The position numbers and the translations under genes were made by a program. This document shows positions 9,192 to 18,466 of a DNA stretch of 42,187 bases, piece after piece. The notes below the pieces were generated by a model. The model made no database searches, had not been told where the DNA came from, and was given only the letters and a program-made list of their open reading frames with translations. The stretch lies in the NCBI GenBank assembly GCA_002708145.1, contig PAOV01000017.1, positions 51,398 to 93,584 on the forward strand. Reading direction: 5' to 3'. Each line of letters begins with the position of its first letter. The first letter of the stretch is position 1. The DNA comes from Chloroflexota bacterium (GTDB lineage Bacteria; Chloroflexota; Dehalococcoidia; Lucifugimonadales; Lucifugimonadaceae).

Positions 9192-10034
9192 TTATAATAT
9201 TTTACTAATTATATATACTTGATTTCCTCTTGGAGTGTTAACATTGACCTCTTCCCCTACGTTTTGGCCCAGAACAGCTGAGCCTAGAGGTGAAACAGTT
9301 GAAATTTTACCATCAAGAGGATTTGCTTCATTAGCCTCTACTAATTGATACTTACCAGAGCTTTTAGTGGTTTTTTCTGTTAGCTCAAGCTTTGATCCGA
9401 TTTGAACTATATTTGTATCACTCTTTGAACCGTCTATAACAACTGAAGCTTTCAAGGTTGCTTCTATCTCTCGTATTTTCCCTATTGTCATACCTTGACT
9501 TTCTCGTGCTGCCTCAAGTGGTGCATTTTCTCTTACATCGCCATCTGCAGCGGCCCTTTGAATTTCACCAGTTAATTTAATTCTTTCTTTTTGTAATTTA
9601 GCAAGTTGCTTAGTCATCTCATTATAACCACTTTGAGTAAGTTTAATAGTTGGACTAGCAATCATTGATTTACCCTTCGATGAAACTTTTGATTTTCGTA
9701 ATCTTAAATGAGTAGCAAGATTTAAATGGACGTATTCTTTCTTTTTTAGAAAAATTAAGAAATCTTTTGTATATGTAATTCTGTCAGTCATATCTCTAGA
9801 TGTATTTTTTGGCCCAAAATTTTCATTATACTCACCTATTTCAGATGGTGATACAGATGATGTGAGTCTTTCTGGTCCTATCCATCTTACAAATTTTGCA
9901 ACGTCTGATTGAGAGTTTCTTTTATTTTTTTTTGCAAGTTGTTTGACAAATTCTTGAAATGCATCATTGATACTTATTGAAATTTCTTTTTCTGAGTCTG
10001 CAGATTCGTCTTTTATTTTGTTTTCTTCAATCAT
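9192..10034 (-). CDS. greA: GreA-type transcript cleavage factor with a roughly 123-aa N-terminal extension
   Basis: The C-terminal 157 aa (from M124) form a canonical GreA. The coiled-coil tip is DGDVRENAPLEAARESQG, with the conserved acidic residues, and the globular domain has ISTVSPLGSAVLG. Residues 1-123 match nothing I recognise. Confidence 0.8.
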   Translation of the reverse strand: MIEENKIKDESADSEKEISISINDAFQEFVKQLAKKNKRNSQSDVAKFVRWIGPERLTSSVSPSEIGEYNENFGPKNTSRDMTDRITYTKDFLIFLKKKEYVHLNLATHLRLRKSKVSSKGKSMIASPTIKLTQSGYNEMTKQLAKLQKERIKLTGEIQRAAADGDVRENAPLEAARESQGMTIGKIREIEATLKASVVIDGSKSDTNIVQIGSKLELTEKTTKSSGKYQLVEANEANPLDGKISTVSPLGSAVLGQNVGEEVNVNTPRGNQVYIISKIL

Positions 10035-10190
10035 AATTAATTTTTTCCCACTAGATATTTAAACTTAAACCACCTTTAATGATAATTCTGAAACAGCATT
10101 AAGACAAATCAAGTAGTTATTTTTTCCATTGACATTAAGTTATTTTGACTATTAAAATTACATATATAATAAAATAACTTTTTTGAATTT

Positions 10191-10328
10191 ATGCCAAAAC
10201 GTACTTATCAGCCAAAAAATAGAAGAAGAATGAGAGTTCATGGATTTCGCTCGCGTATGAGCTCTAGAAATGGTCGTTCTGTTTTAGCTAGACGAAGAAA
10301 CAAAGGCAGACTGCGCCTAACTGTATAA
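10191..10328 (+). CDS. rpmH: 50S ribosomal protein L34
   Basis: This is not in the ORF track because it is under 60 aa. My translation is [45 protein letters not shown] (45 aa) with a TAA stop at 10326-10328. Confidence 0.93.
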   Translation: MPKRTYQPKNRRRMRVHGFRSRMSSRNGRSVLARRRNKGRLRLTV

Positions 10329-10335
10329 TTATAAA

Positions 10336-10710
10336 TTGGACTTTTCGAGAAAATATCGTATTACGAACACGAAGGATTATAGAGAGGTCTACAATCATGG
10401 AAAGTGGTTCAACAGTTCACTATTAGATGTGTCGGCTAAGTCCAATACACTAGGGTTTACTAGGTTAGGTTTATCTGTATCTAAGGCAGTAGGCAATGCA
10501 AATGAACGAAATTTAGTTAAAAGAAGAGTAAGAAACTTATTTATAAGTATTAATAATATTAATAAAGGCTGGGATATAGTAGTTATACCAAAAAAAGAAT
10601 CAGTAAAAACGAACTTTCAATCATTTAGAAAAATTTTTTTAGATTCTTTACTAACTTTATCTATTATTCCTGGGTGTAATTTAAATTCCAAAGACTTAAA
10701 TGAAAAATAG
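10336..10710 (+). CDS. rnpA: RNase P protein component
   Basis: The protein is 124 aa with a TTG start. Its position directly after rpmH is the classic arrangement. The basic RNR-like motif ERNLVKRRVRN is present. Confidence 0.85.
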   Translation: MDFSRKYRITNTKDYREVYNHGKWFNSSLLDVSAKSNTLGFTRLGLSVSKAVGNANERNLVKRRVRNLFISINNINKGWDIVVIPKKESVKTNFQSFRKIFLDSLLTLSIIPGCNLNSKDLNEK

Positions 10711-10927
10711 AATAATAAAATTAGTTTGGAAGTTTTATAAGCTTTCAGTCTCTCCATATTTACCAAGCCAATGCAGGTACTATCCAACATGCTCAGAGTA
10801 TTCATATGAAGCTTTAAGCGAATATGGAATTATTAAGGGAATATACATGACTATACTAAGAATAGCTAAATGTCGCCCATCAAAAAAAATTATATTTGAT
10901 CCAGTAAAGATTCAAGAGAAAAATTAA
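10700..10927 (+). CDS. yidD: Membrane protein insertion efficiency factor YidD
   Basis: The protein is 75 aa with the YidD signature SPYLPSQCRYYPTCSEYSYEAL and RIAKCRP. It overlaps rnpA by 11 nt. Confidence 0.9.
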   Translation: MKNRIIKLVWKFYKLSVSPYLPSQCRYYPTCSEYSYEALSEYGIIKGIYMTILRIAKCRPSKKIIFDPVKIQEKN

Positions 10928-12169
10928 ATGAAACTTAAGAAAAATTTATCTATTTCTGTAATTATACTATTTTTGATAATTTTCTCAGGTTGTATGAATG
11001 ATCTTTCTCCTCAGGGTGGATGGGCAGATCCAGTAATATCTGATGAAAAAATAATCATACCTACAAAAACAGGTGAATTTGTTCAATTTGATACAAACTC
11101 AAACACCATAGATAGAAACTGGGGATATAAAAATAATAATAGTGTTGGTTCTACTTACTCAAGTCCAATATCTGTAAAAAATGACCTTATAGGAACGGCT
11201 TACACATGTCGAGGAGATGATTGTGAGGGTCAAATTTATAAAATTAATAAAGAATCTGGTTTATTACTATGGGGAGAAGAAGGATATCAAATAAAAACAA
11301 AATTAATTGGTCCTATAGCTAGTAAAGATGATGATAAAATTTATGTTTCTACTTCATTAATATCAGATACAAATAATTCGAAAGAAGGGTATTTTATTGA
11401 ATTTATTTTAGATGATAATTATTTAGTTGAATCTTGGAGACTCCCTCTAAAAGGAGCATCATGGGGTGGCGTGCTTATAAATGAGTATATTGCCTATGTT
11501 CCGACAATGTCAGGGCATTTGTATGCAATAGATTTATCAAGTGACATTGAATTTGTAAATCCTGAAGATAGAGTTCTGTGGGTTTTTGAATCAAAAGGTG
11601 CAATATACAGTTCACTCTATATAAAGGACAATTATATTTATTTTGGAGATTTTTCAAATACGCTTTATAAACTTAGTGTGGGCAATATCACTAATAATAA
11701 TAGAAGTAATTTTTCTACACTTAATCCATTATTGGGAGAGTGGGAAAAAGAACTAGACTCTTGGATAGGTACTCCTGTAATGATTGAAGATGAGAATTTA
11801 TTCGTTTTTTCTTTAGCAGGAGAGATTTATTCCTTAGATGTTAATACCGCTAAAACAAACTGGAAAACTAAAATACCTGAAGGGCAAATAGTTTCTAGTC
11901 CAGTTCTTTTTGATAGAAGTAGAGGAACCGTAACAGAAAGGTCTCTTGCTATTCCTTCTTCAGAAAAAAATGTATACATTATCTCTGTTTTAGATGGTAG
12001 GGAGTTAGGTATGTTTATTACAGAAGATTCTGTAGTTTCAAGTCCTATTTTTTATGAGGATAGAATTTACTTGCAGACAAATAGTAATGAATTTAAGTGG
12101 TTTTCCACGATTTCTACCAATATTGAAGGATGCATTGATCTAGATTCAGGAGGTTTCTGTGATGGTTAG
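10928..12169 (+). CDS. Putative lipoprotein with a PQQ-like/BamB-like beta-propeller
   Basis: The protein is 413 aa. The signal peptide ends in a lipobox-like FSGC. Repeated segments of about 40 aa (G.lYaiD, W.f...g.i.ssP) are typical of PQQ-like propeller blades. The ATG abuts the yidD stop codon. Confidence 0.6.
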   Translation: MKLKKNLSISVIILFLIIFSGCMNDLSPQGGWADPVISDEKIIIPTKTGEFVQFDTNSNTIDRNWGYKNNNSVGSTYSSPISVKNDLIGTAYTCRGDDCEGQIYKINKESGLLLWGEEGYQIKTKLIGPIASKDDDKIYVSTSLISDTNNSKEGYFIEFILDDNYLVESWRLPLKGASWGGVLINEYIAYVPTMSGHLYAIDLSSDIEFVNPEDRVLWVFESKGAIYSSLYIKDNYIYFGDFSNTLYKLSVGNITNNNRSNFSTLNPLLGEWEKELDSWIGTPVMIEDENLFVFSLAGEIYSLDVNTAKTNWKTKIPEGQIVSSPVLFDRSRGTVTERSLAIPSSEKNVYIISVLDGRELGMFITEDSVVSSPIFYEDRIYLQTNSNEFKWFSTISTNIEGCIDLDSGGFCDG

Positions 12170-12191
12170 TAATTATTTTAGGATATTTTAG

Positions 12192-13160
12192 ATGGAATTT
12201 TTAGGAACATTGTGGTTAGAGATAATAATGAGACCAATGATTAATAGTTTGGCTGCACTATATTACTTATTATTTTCAAATTTCGGTCTTAGTATAATTG
12301 TCTTTACAATTTTTATTCGGATACTCATGATTCCTCTAACTATTAGACAAACAAGTCAGATGAAAAAACTTCAATCAATCCAGCCAAAAATGAAGGCTAT
12401 ACAGGAAAAATATAAAGGTAAATCTGGTGACGCAAGAAGAAAAATGTCATCTGAAACTATGGGGCTTTACAAGGAAGCAGGAGTAAGTCCTATTGGTTGT
12501 CTTGGTCCTATGATAATTCAGATGCCTTTATGGATTGGTTTATATCGAGCAATAATTCAAACCATGCCATCAACACCTGAAGGGATGGCTAAATTATCTA
12601 CACTGTTTTACTCTTGGAACCCAGCTATTTCAGTAGTACCTTTTGATAGCGAATTTATTGGAATTTTATTAGTTGATTTAGTTTCTAGTGCATATTTTCC
12701 ATGGAATTATTTATTGCCTATATTGGTAGGGGTATCAATGTTTGTACAGCAAAAAATGACAACTAATCCTACAACAGACCCTCGACAAAGACAAACAAAC
12801 CAGATGATGCTATGGATGATGCCTATCATGTTTGGTGTTTTTACATGGCAATTTCCCGCAGGTTTAGGGGTTTATATTTTATTTTCAAATATTGTAGGTG
12901 TAATAATTCAGTATTATGCAAGCGGTAAACAGCCGATAGAACTTTTTGGAAAGTTATATCTTGGGACAGAAAAGACACGTTTGGAAAGAAGGCAACTTTT
13001 AGAAACGGAATCTAATCCAAATCAAAAAAACAATAACAAGGAGGAAAGCAGTAATGACGAAGATGAAGAAATTCTCGGGAAAAACAGTAGACGAAGCAAC
13101 AGAAATCGCTCTAAAAGAGATGGGCGTAGAGCTAGAAGAAATAGACATAAAGGTAGATAA
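12192..13160 (+). CDS. yidC: YidC/Oxa1-family membrane insertase, short monoderm-type form with a basic C-terminal tail
   Basis: The protein is 322 aa and has no large periplasmic P1 domain. The conserved core has IRILMIPLT...Q.KM..LQP....I..KYK and PIGCLGPMIIQMPLWIGLY. The tail NSRRSNRNRSKRDGRRARRNRHKGR is strongly basic. Confidence 0.88.
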   Translation: MEFLGTLWLEIIMRPMINSLAALYYLLFSNFGLSIIVFTIFIRILMIPLTIRQTSQMKKLQSIQPKMKAIQEKYKGKSGDARRKMSSETMGLYKEAGVSPIGCLGPMIIQMPLWIGLYRAIIQTMPSTPEGMAKLSTLFYSWNPAISVVPFDSEFIGILLVDLVSSAYFPWNYLLPILVGVSMFVQQKMTTNPTTDPRQRQTNQMMLWMMPIMFGVFTWQFPAGLGVYILFSNIVGVIIQYYASGKQPIELFGKLYLGTEKTRLERRQLLETESNPNQKNNNKEESSNDEDEEILGKNSRRSNRNRSKRDGRRARRNRHKGR

Positions 13161-13830
13161 TCCTGGTAGATCTGGAATTATGGGTTTTGGTGGCGAACCG
13201 GCAGAGATATCAGTAACACTTTTAAATGCTGAAAAAAAAATAAAATCAAAAAAGAAAGCTTCAGTAGATAAAAAAGATAAAAAAGAAAAAAAATCTGAAT
13301 CTAAAAAACCAAAAGCGAAAAAAAATATTAATAAAAATGAGGAGCAATCAAGCATTGTTGAAGACTCTGAAAATAATGAAGAAGTTGAAAAATTATCATC
13401 AGAATTATTAGATTATTTTTTGAGTTCAATAGGTGTTGTGGCGGATACATATATTCGTGAAGATTCAAATAATTCAAAAATTTCATTTGAAATAGAAGGT
13501 GAAGATTCAGCTCTTCTGATAGGTAAAAGGGGGGAGACACTTCAATCAATTCAATTTTTAGTTAGAATGATTACAAGTAGACAGTTAGGTAGAAAATCAA
13601 ATATACAGATTGATATAGAGGACTATAGAAGAAGAAGAGTAAGAACACTTAGAAATATAGCGAGAAATACCGCAAAAGAAGTGGAAGATACTGGAGAAGA
13701 AAGGACTTTGGAGCCAATGTCGCCAGTTGATAGAAGAATTATACATGTAAGTCTTTCTAAGAATCCTAGAATAATTACAGAATCTGAAGGCAAGGGTAGA
13801 GATAGATTTGTCGTTATTAGACCAAAATAG
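13054..13830 (+). CDS. jag: Jag/KhpB-type RNA-binding protein (Jag_N, KH and R3H domains)
   Basis: A strong AAGGAGG sits 9 nt upstream of ATG 13054. The N-domain has GKTVDEATEIALKEMGV, followed by a lysine-rich linker. The KH-like segment has LLIGKRGETLQSIQFL, and the R3H segment has PVDRRIIHVSL. This gene follows yidC, which is the classic arrangement. Confidence 0.85.
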   Translation: MTKMKKFSGKTVDEATEIALKEMGVELEEIDIKVDNPGRSGIMGFGGEPAEISVTLLNAEKKIKSKKKASVDKKDKKEKKSESKKPKAKKNINKNEEQSSIVEDSENNEEVEKLSSELLDYFLSSIGVVADTYIREDSNNSKISFEIEGEDSALLIGKRGETLQSIQFLVRMITSRQLGRKSNIQIDIEDYRRRRVRTLRNIARNTAKEVEDTGEERTLEPMSPVDRRIIHVSLSKNPRIITESEGKGRDRFVVIRPK

Positions 13831-13841
13831 TTTTTTAATGT

Positions 13842-14693
13842 ATGAAAAAAACATCTTTATATGATTTTGTTTCTATTGGAAGCCTTTCGTATGATAGAAA
13901 TCAATATGACAAAATTGTCAACAACAAACTTGTTCCTGGTGGGGCTGTAGCTTACTCGGCAAAAACTTCTATTAATTTAGGACTTCAAACAGGAATTATT
14001 ACTTCCATCCATAAAGATTACCCACTTGAAAAAAATCTTGGTAAAGTAGATATTTTAACAAGAAATAAATCTGAAATTCCGATATTTCATAATTTTTTTT
14101 CTGGGCAAATTCGTCAACAAAAATTATTTGATTTCAGTACACGCATTAAAAAAAAAGACTTACCAGAAAGTGTATTTTCAAAGATTCTTTTTGTAGCACC
14201 ATTATTTGATGAAATTCCTACTGATTGTTCTGATTGGATTGATCATAAAATTTCTTGTTTAGTTCCTTCAGGTTGGTTTAGAGAAAAAAATAAAAATGGT
14301 AATATTTATCTGAAAAATAATATTAGAAAAATTCATGATGGTAAATGGGACATAATAGTCATTTCAAAAGATGAGCTAAAATCAACAAATGTCAAAATAT
14401 CAACTCTTAAGAAAAAATCTAGCTATCTTTGTATAACTAAAGGACATGATGGAGTTCAGATTATTTCAGGTAATGAAAATTTCACAGTACCTGCATTTGA
14501 AATAGGTCATAAAGATCTTAACGGTGCTGGAGATGTTTGGGCCGCTTCTTTCACTATAGCAATCTCACAAGGAAAAAATTCTTTGGAATCGGCATATTTT
14601 GCCAATGCTTGCTCAGCGATTTCTATTAAGTATGATGGCTTAAATTTCAACTTAAGGAATTCAGAAATTTATCGCTTACTTGATACTATATGA
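13842..14693 (+). CDS. PfkB/ribokinase-family carbohydrate kinase
   Basis: The protein is 283 aa. It has the C-terminal PfkB signature DLNGAGDVWAASF and an N-terminal GG(A/S) dinucleotide region (PGGAVAYSA). Confidence 0.72.
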   Translation: MKKTSLYDFVSIGSLSYDRNQYDKIVNNKLVPGGAVAYSAKTSINLGLQTGIITSIHKDYPLEKNLGKVDILTRNKSEIPIFHNFFSGQIRQQKLFDFSTRIKKKDLPESVFSKILFVAPLFDEIPTDCSDWIDHKISCLVPSGWFREKNKNGNIYLKNNIRKIHDGKWDIIVISKDELKSTNVKISTLKKKSSYLCITKGHDGVQIISGNENFTVPAFEIGHKDLNGAGDVWAASFTIAISQGKNSLESAYFANACSAISIKYDGLNFNLRNSEIYRLLDTI

Positions 14694-15184
14694 TTTTTAA
14701 TTTCATCAACTACATGGTTTTTATTAAGTAAACCCCCAGACTGCTTCCATATTACTATATTTTTATCCGATAGAATTATATAGCTCGGAGTAGTGAAAGC
14801 ATTTAAGTTTTTAATTATATCGAAATTTTTTTTATCACTTACATTAAGCCTAATCATTACGACATCTAAACTAAATTCATTATTTATGTCAACTTCTAAA
14901 TCTCTTATTATTGGTTCATTAATTATGCAACCTAAACATGTTTGTGAGTATACTTGAACGAACTTCACTTTATTAGCACTTAATATTTCGTTTGAATTTA
15001 TATTTTTGTCTGATTCTTTTGGAGAAAAAGAATTAATAAGTATAATTACCCCAAAAATAGTTATAAATAATAATATAAAAGAGATAAATTTATTCTTTGA
15101 TATTTTGAAAAAAATTAAAAGTAAAATTAGAGCTATTATTGGTGTAAAAATAATTAATGAATAGTGATTAATAAAGTTATCCAT
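14669..15184 (-). CDS. Membrane-anchored thioredoxin-fold protein (CxxC), a probable extracytoplasmic thiol:disulfide oxidoreductase
   Basis: The protein is 171 aa with two N-terminal hydrophobic helices. Its Trx-like core has FVQVYSQTCLGC and a downstream cis-Pro-like TTPSYII. Confidence 0.55.
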   Translation of the reverse strand: MDNFINHYSLIIFTPIIALILLLIFFKISKNKFISFILLFITIFGVIILINSFSPKESDKNINSNEILSANKVKFVQVYSQTCLGCIINEPIIRDLEVDINNEFSLDVVMIRLNVSDKKNFDIIKNLNAFTTPSYIILSDKNIVIWKQSGGLLNKNHVVDEIKNHIVSSKR

Positions 15185-15187
15185 TAA

Positions 15188-16144
15188 TCAAATTCTTCCA
15201 AGCATAAGTATAGTAGACCCAGCTATTATCCATAAAATTATATTAATAATTGTAGGAAAATCAGATATTAAAATTTTTTCTGGGGTTTCTCCTTTATTGT
15301 CATGGTGAATTAAGTAGATATATCGTAATATTCCGAAAGCAACAAAAGGAATTGTTATCATCATAGAGTTATTTTCAGGTACATTAGAATTTGATTCAGA
15401 ATTAAATGAGTATAGAGTGTAACAAATAAGAGTTGCTGAGGAAACAACATTTAAAATACTTTCGAGAAATGGTATTGAATATTTACTTAACACTAATCTT
15501 TGTTTGTAATTAATAGGTTGCTTTAAATTTTTTATTTCGGACCTTCGTTTGCCGATAGCTAACATTAATGAACCGAGCCCAGTAACCACATAAAGCCATG
15601 GTGAAATAGTAAGGTCTAATTCTACCGGATTTTCATTAATTATAATTAGAGAATGGTCAATTGCAATCGATCCCATAATAGCTCTTATTACAAAACTTGC
15701 TGAAATGCATAAGATATCAACTATCGCTAAATTCTTAAGATATAAGCTATAAAGTATATTTAGTATTAAATATATAAAAGTGGCTAAGAACATCTGATAA
15801 GAAATAATAGTAGAAAAAATTAGACTAGAAGCAATTAGTATTGAAGCTATAACTATAGCTAAATTAATTGAAATATCACCTTTTGCAATGGGCCTATTTT
15901 TCTTTCTAGGATGATTTTTGTCCTGATTTATGTCTAGCAAGTCATTAATATAATATATTGCTGAAGACATAAGTATAGATATTAAAAAAGCAAATAGCGA
16001 TTTCAAAATTATTGCCATCATCCCAGAAATATCTTCTTGGTTAAACCAAATATTTATAGTGAAGAAAAGCGGAACTAAAACAAGAAAATTTTTAGTAATC
16101 TGCTGTGGTCGAGAGGTAATTAATATTTGCTTAATTTTTTTCAT
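15188..16144 (-). CDS. UbiA-family prenyltransferase, resembling decaprenyl-phosphate phosphoribosyltransferase-type enzymes
   Basis: The protein is 318 aa and polytopic. The first Asp-rich motif is NDLLDINQDKNHPRKKNRPIAKG (NDxxDxxxD...RPxxxG). Confidence 0.8.
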   Translation of the reverse strand: MKKIKQILITSRPQQITKNFLVLVPLFFTINIWFNQEDISGMMAIILKSLFAFLISILMSSAIYYINDLLDINQDKNHPRKKNRPIAKGDISINLAIVIASILIASSLIFSTIISYQMFLATFIYLILNILYSLYLKNLAIVDILCISASFVIRAIMGSIAIDHSLIIINENPVELDLTISPWLYVVTGLGSLMLAIGKRRSEIKNLKQPINYKQRLVLSKYSIPFLESILNVVSSATLICYTLYSFNSESNSNVPENNSMMITIPFVAFGILRYIYLIHHDNKGETPEKILISDFPTIINIILWIIAGSTILMLGRI

Positions 16145-16204
16145 TACTATATAGAGTTTACAATAATAAAATCAGATTATGGTATAAAATGTTTTGTAAT
16201 TACA

Positions 16205-16942
16205 ATGGCAAAAAAAGAAAAACTTAAACTTAATGACCTTTTACTACAGAAAAACATAGTAAAAGATCTAAGACAAGCTGAAGCATTAATTCTATCTGGG
16301 AAAGTAATTTTAAATAATAGAAAAATTTCTCCTACACCTGGATTATTAGTTGATAAGAATATTGATTTGAAAATCCTTGATTCCCCAGACTTCGTTTCAA
16401 AGGGAGGTTATAAGCTTAAATTTGCTTTAGAAAAATTTAAAATAGATGTAGGTAATCTTACATGCTTAGATATTGGGTCTTCAACTGGTGGTTTTACTGA
16501 TTGCTTGATTAAAAATGGTGCAAAAAAAGTTTATTCTGTTGATGTAGGAAGAGGACAATTACATAATAATCTAAAGAATGACAAAAGAGTAATAAGTTTA
16601 GAAAAAACTAATGCAGCTTTTGGAATAAACATATCAGAATCTTTTGAATTTTTGGTAGCAGATGTATCATTTACCTCCTTGAGTACTGTTCTAAAGAAAA
16701 ATTTAATTCTCCTAAAAAAAAATGCAGGATTAATAGTATTATTAAAACCACAATTTGAAGCTAATAAAAATTTGGTGCCAAAAGGAGGTGTAGTAAAAGA
16801 TACTTCAGTTTATTCATCAGTTATTGGTAGATTTATTTTTTGGGCAATAAATAATAAACTCAGAGTATTGAATATTTCAAAGTATAATTACGATAAACAT
16901 AATATTAATACGGAGTTTTTAATTTATTTGAAAAAATATTAA
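16205..16942 (+). CDS. tlyA: TlyA-family rRNA 2'-O-methyltransferase (S4 domain plus FtsJ-like methyltransferase)
   Basis: I trimmed the start to ATG 16205 (MAKKEKLKLNDLL...). The upstream extension in the ORF track overlaps the divergent UbiA gene. S4-like AEALILSGKV, FVSKGGYKL and the SAM motif LDIGSSTGGFTDC are present. Confidence 0.85.
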   Translation: MAKKEKLKLNDLLLQKNIVKDLRQAEALILSGKVILNNRKISPTPGLLVDKNIDLKILDSPDFVSKGGYKLKFALEKFKIDVGNLTCLDIGSSTGGFTDCLIKNGAKKVYSVDVGRGQLHNNLKNDKRVISLEKTNAAFGINISESFEFLVADVSFTSLSTVLKKNLILLKKNAGLIVLLKPQFEANKNLVPKGGVVKDTSVYSSVIGRFIFWAINNKLRVLNISKYNYDKHNINTEFLIYLKKY

Positions 16943-16961
16943 TTATTCTTTATATATTTTC

Positions 16962-16990
16962 TTGACCAAAATTCATTTCAAAGTTAGAGT
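16962..16990 (+). promoter_or_regulatory. Candidate promoter TTGACC-17 nt-TAGAGT upstream of purF
   Basis: The hexamers were read directly from the 87-nt tlyA-purF spacer. This is a weak -10 in an AT-rich context. Confidence 0.3.
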
Positions 16991-17029
16991 GACAGTGTGT
17001 ATAAATTTTTTCTCTAATCATAAATCAAA

Positions 17030-18466
17030 TTGACAAAAATAAATTATTTCAATAGACCAGATAAACCTCATGAAGAATGTGGTATTGTTGGAGTATACAA
17101 TCCTAAAAAAAATGTTGCTAAGGACTTGTTTTTTGGTTTATTTTCTTTACAACATAGAGGACAAGAAAGTGCTGGAATAGCTACTTCTTCAGGCTTTGGT
17201 ATTAGTTTGGAAGCAAATATGGGGCTAGTTTCTCAAGTATTTAATGAAGAAAATATCTCTAAACTACAAGGAGGTATTGGTATTGGTCATACCAGATACT
17301 CAACAATGGGAGGAAGTAAAAAAAATAATGCTCAACCATTAGTAACCTCAGGGTTAAGAGGGGAAATAGCTATAGGGCATAATGGAAATGTTATAAACGC
17401 CTCTGAATTAAGAGAAGAACTGGCTATAGAATTTGGCTCTACTTTCGAAAGGTCATCAGATACCGAAGTAATCCTAGAGATGTTTGCAAATGCCCCTGGA
17501 AAAAACTGGTTTGAAATATCATCTTACGTTATGAGGAGACTAAAGGGTGCTTATTCCTTAGTAGTTATGAATGATAATGAACTTATCGCAATTAGAGACC
17601 CACTGGGTATTAGACCATTATGTTTAGGAAAACTTGAAGATGGATGGGTTGTAGCTTCAGAAAGTTCAGCTCTTGATAATTTGGGAGCCGAATTTATAAG
17701 AGAGATTGAAAATGGAGAGACTTTAGTTATAAACTCTGACGGAATAAAGTCAAAAATATGGAATGGTTCAAGTAAAAATCATAAAATGTGTGTTTTTGAA
17801 CATATTTATTTTGCCCGACCCGATTCTATACTAAACGGTGAACTTGCTTATGAAACTAGATTTAGGTTAGGTTCTCAATTATTCAAAGAACATCCGGTGG
17901 AGGCTGATATTGTTGTAGGGATTCCAGATTCTTCTACACCCCACGCTGCAGGCTTAGCTGCAGAATCTAAAATTCCCTATTCTGATGCAATTATTAGAAA
18001 CAGATACGTTGGGAGAACTTTCATAAATCCTGATCAAAACTCTAGAGATACTAATGTTGCTAATAAATTTAATCCTATGAAAGAAATTATTCAAGGTAAG
18101 CGCTTAATTGTTGTTGATGATTCGATAGTTAGAAGTACTACAATTAAGAAGGTTATTGCAATGTTAAGAAAGGCTGGGGCAAAAGAAATACATGTTAGAG
18201 TTGCTTCCCCTCCTATAAAATCTACATGTCATTTTGGAGTAGATATGGCAACTCTAAGTCAACTAATTGCTGCAAACAAAACTATTGATGAGATAAGAGA
18301 CTTGATTCAAGCAGATAGCTTAGCATATCTATCTGTTGAAGGCTTAGAGAAGGCAACAAAATCTAAAAAATCTGAATATTGTAAAGGTTGTTTTACAGGT
18401 AAATATCCCATACCAGTACAACTCGAAATGGATAAACTCACCTTAGAAAAAGAAATAAAAATATGA
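17030..18466 (+). CDS. purF: Amidophosphoribosyltransferase
   Basis: The start codon is TTG. A propeptide is followed by the catalytic Cys (HEECGIVGV). The PRPP loop is LIVVDDSIVRSTT, and C-terminal Cys ligands are present (CHFGVD, CKGCFTG). Confidence 0.93.
   Translation: MTKINYFNRPDKPHEECGIVGVYNPKKNVAKDLFFGLFSLQHRGQESAGIATSSGFGISLEANMGLVSQVFNEENISKLQGGIGIGHTRYSTMGGSKKNNAQPLVTSGLRGEIAIGHNGNVINASELREELAIEFGSTFERSSDTEVILEMFANAPGKNWFEISSYVMRRLKGAYSLVVMNDNELIAIRDPLGIRPLCLGKLEDGWVVASESSALDNLGAEFIREIENGETLVINSDGIKSKIWNGSSKNHKMCVFEHIYFARPDSILNGELAYETRFRLGSQLFKEHPVEADIVVGIPDSSTPHAAGLAAESKIPYSDAIIRNRYVGRTFINPDQNSRDTNVANKFNPMKEIIQGKRLIVVDDSIVRSTTIKKVIAMLRKAGAKEIHVRVASPPIKSTCHFGVDMATLSQLIAANKTIDEIRDLIQADSLAYLSVEGLEKATKSKKSEYCKGCFTGKYPIPVQLEMDKLTLEKEIKI

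Noticed and set aside
10035-10190. A possible oriC or DnaA-box cluster, because rpmH-rnpA-yidC-jag usually neighbours dnaA and the origin.
   Set aside because: The neighbour here is the greA-like gene, not dnaA. I found no TTATCCACA-like boxes in the 156-nt spacer, and it is too short for a typical origin.
16943-17029. A possible purine or ZTP riboswitch upstream of purF, or upstream of purH at 19501-19518.
   Set aside because: The spacers are 87 nt and 18 nt, almost pure A/T, with no three-way-junction pairing and no conserved purine/ZTP core sequence that I can find.
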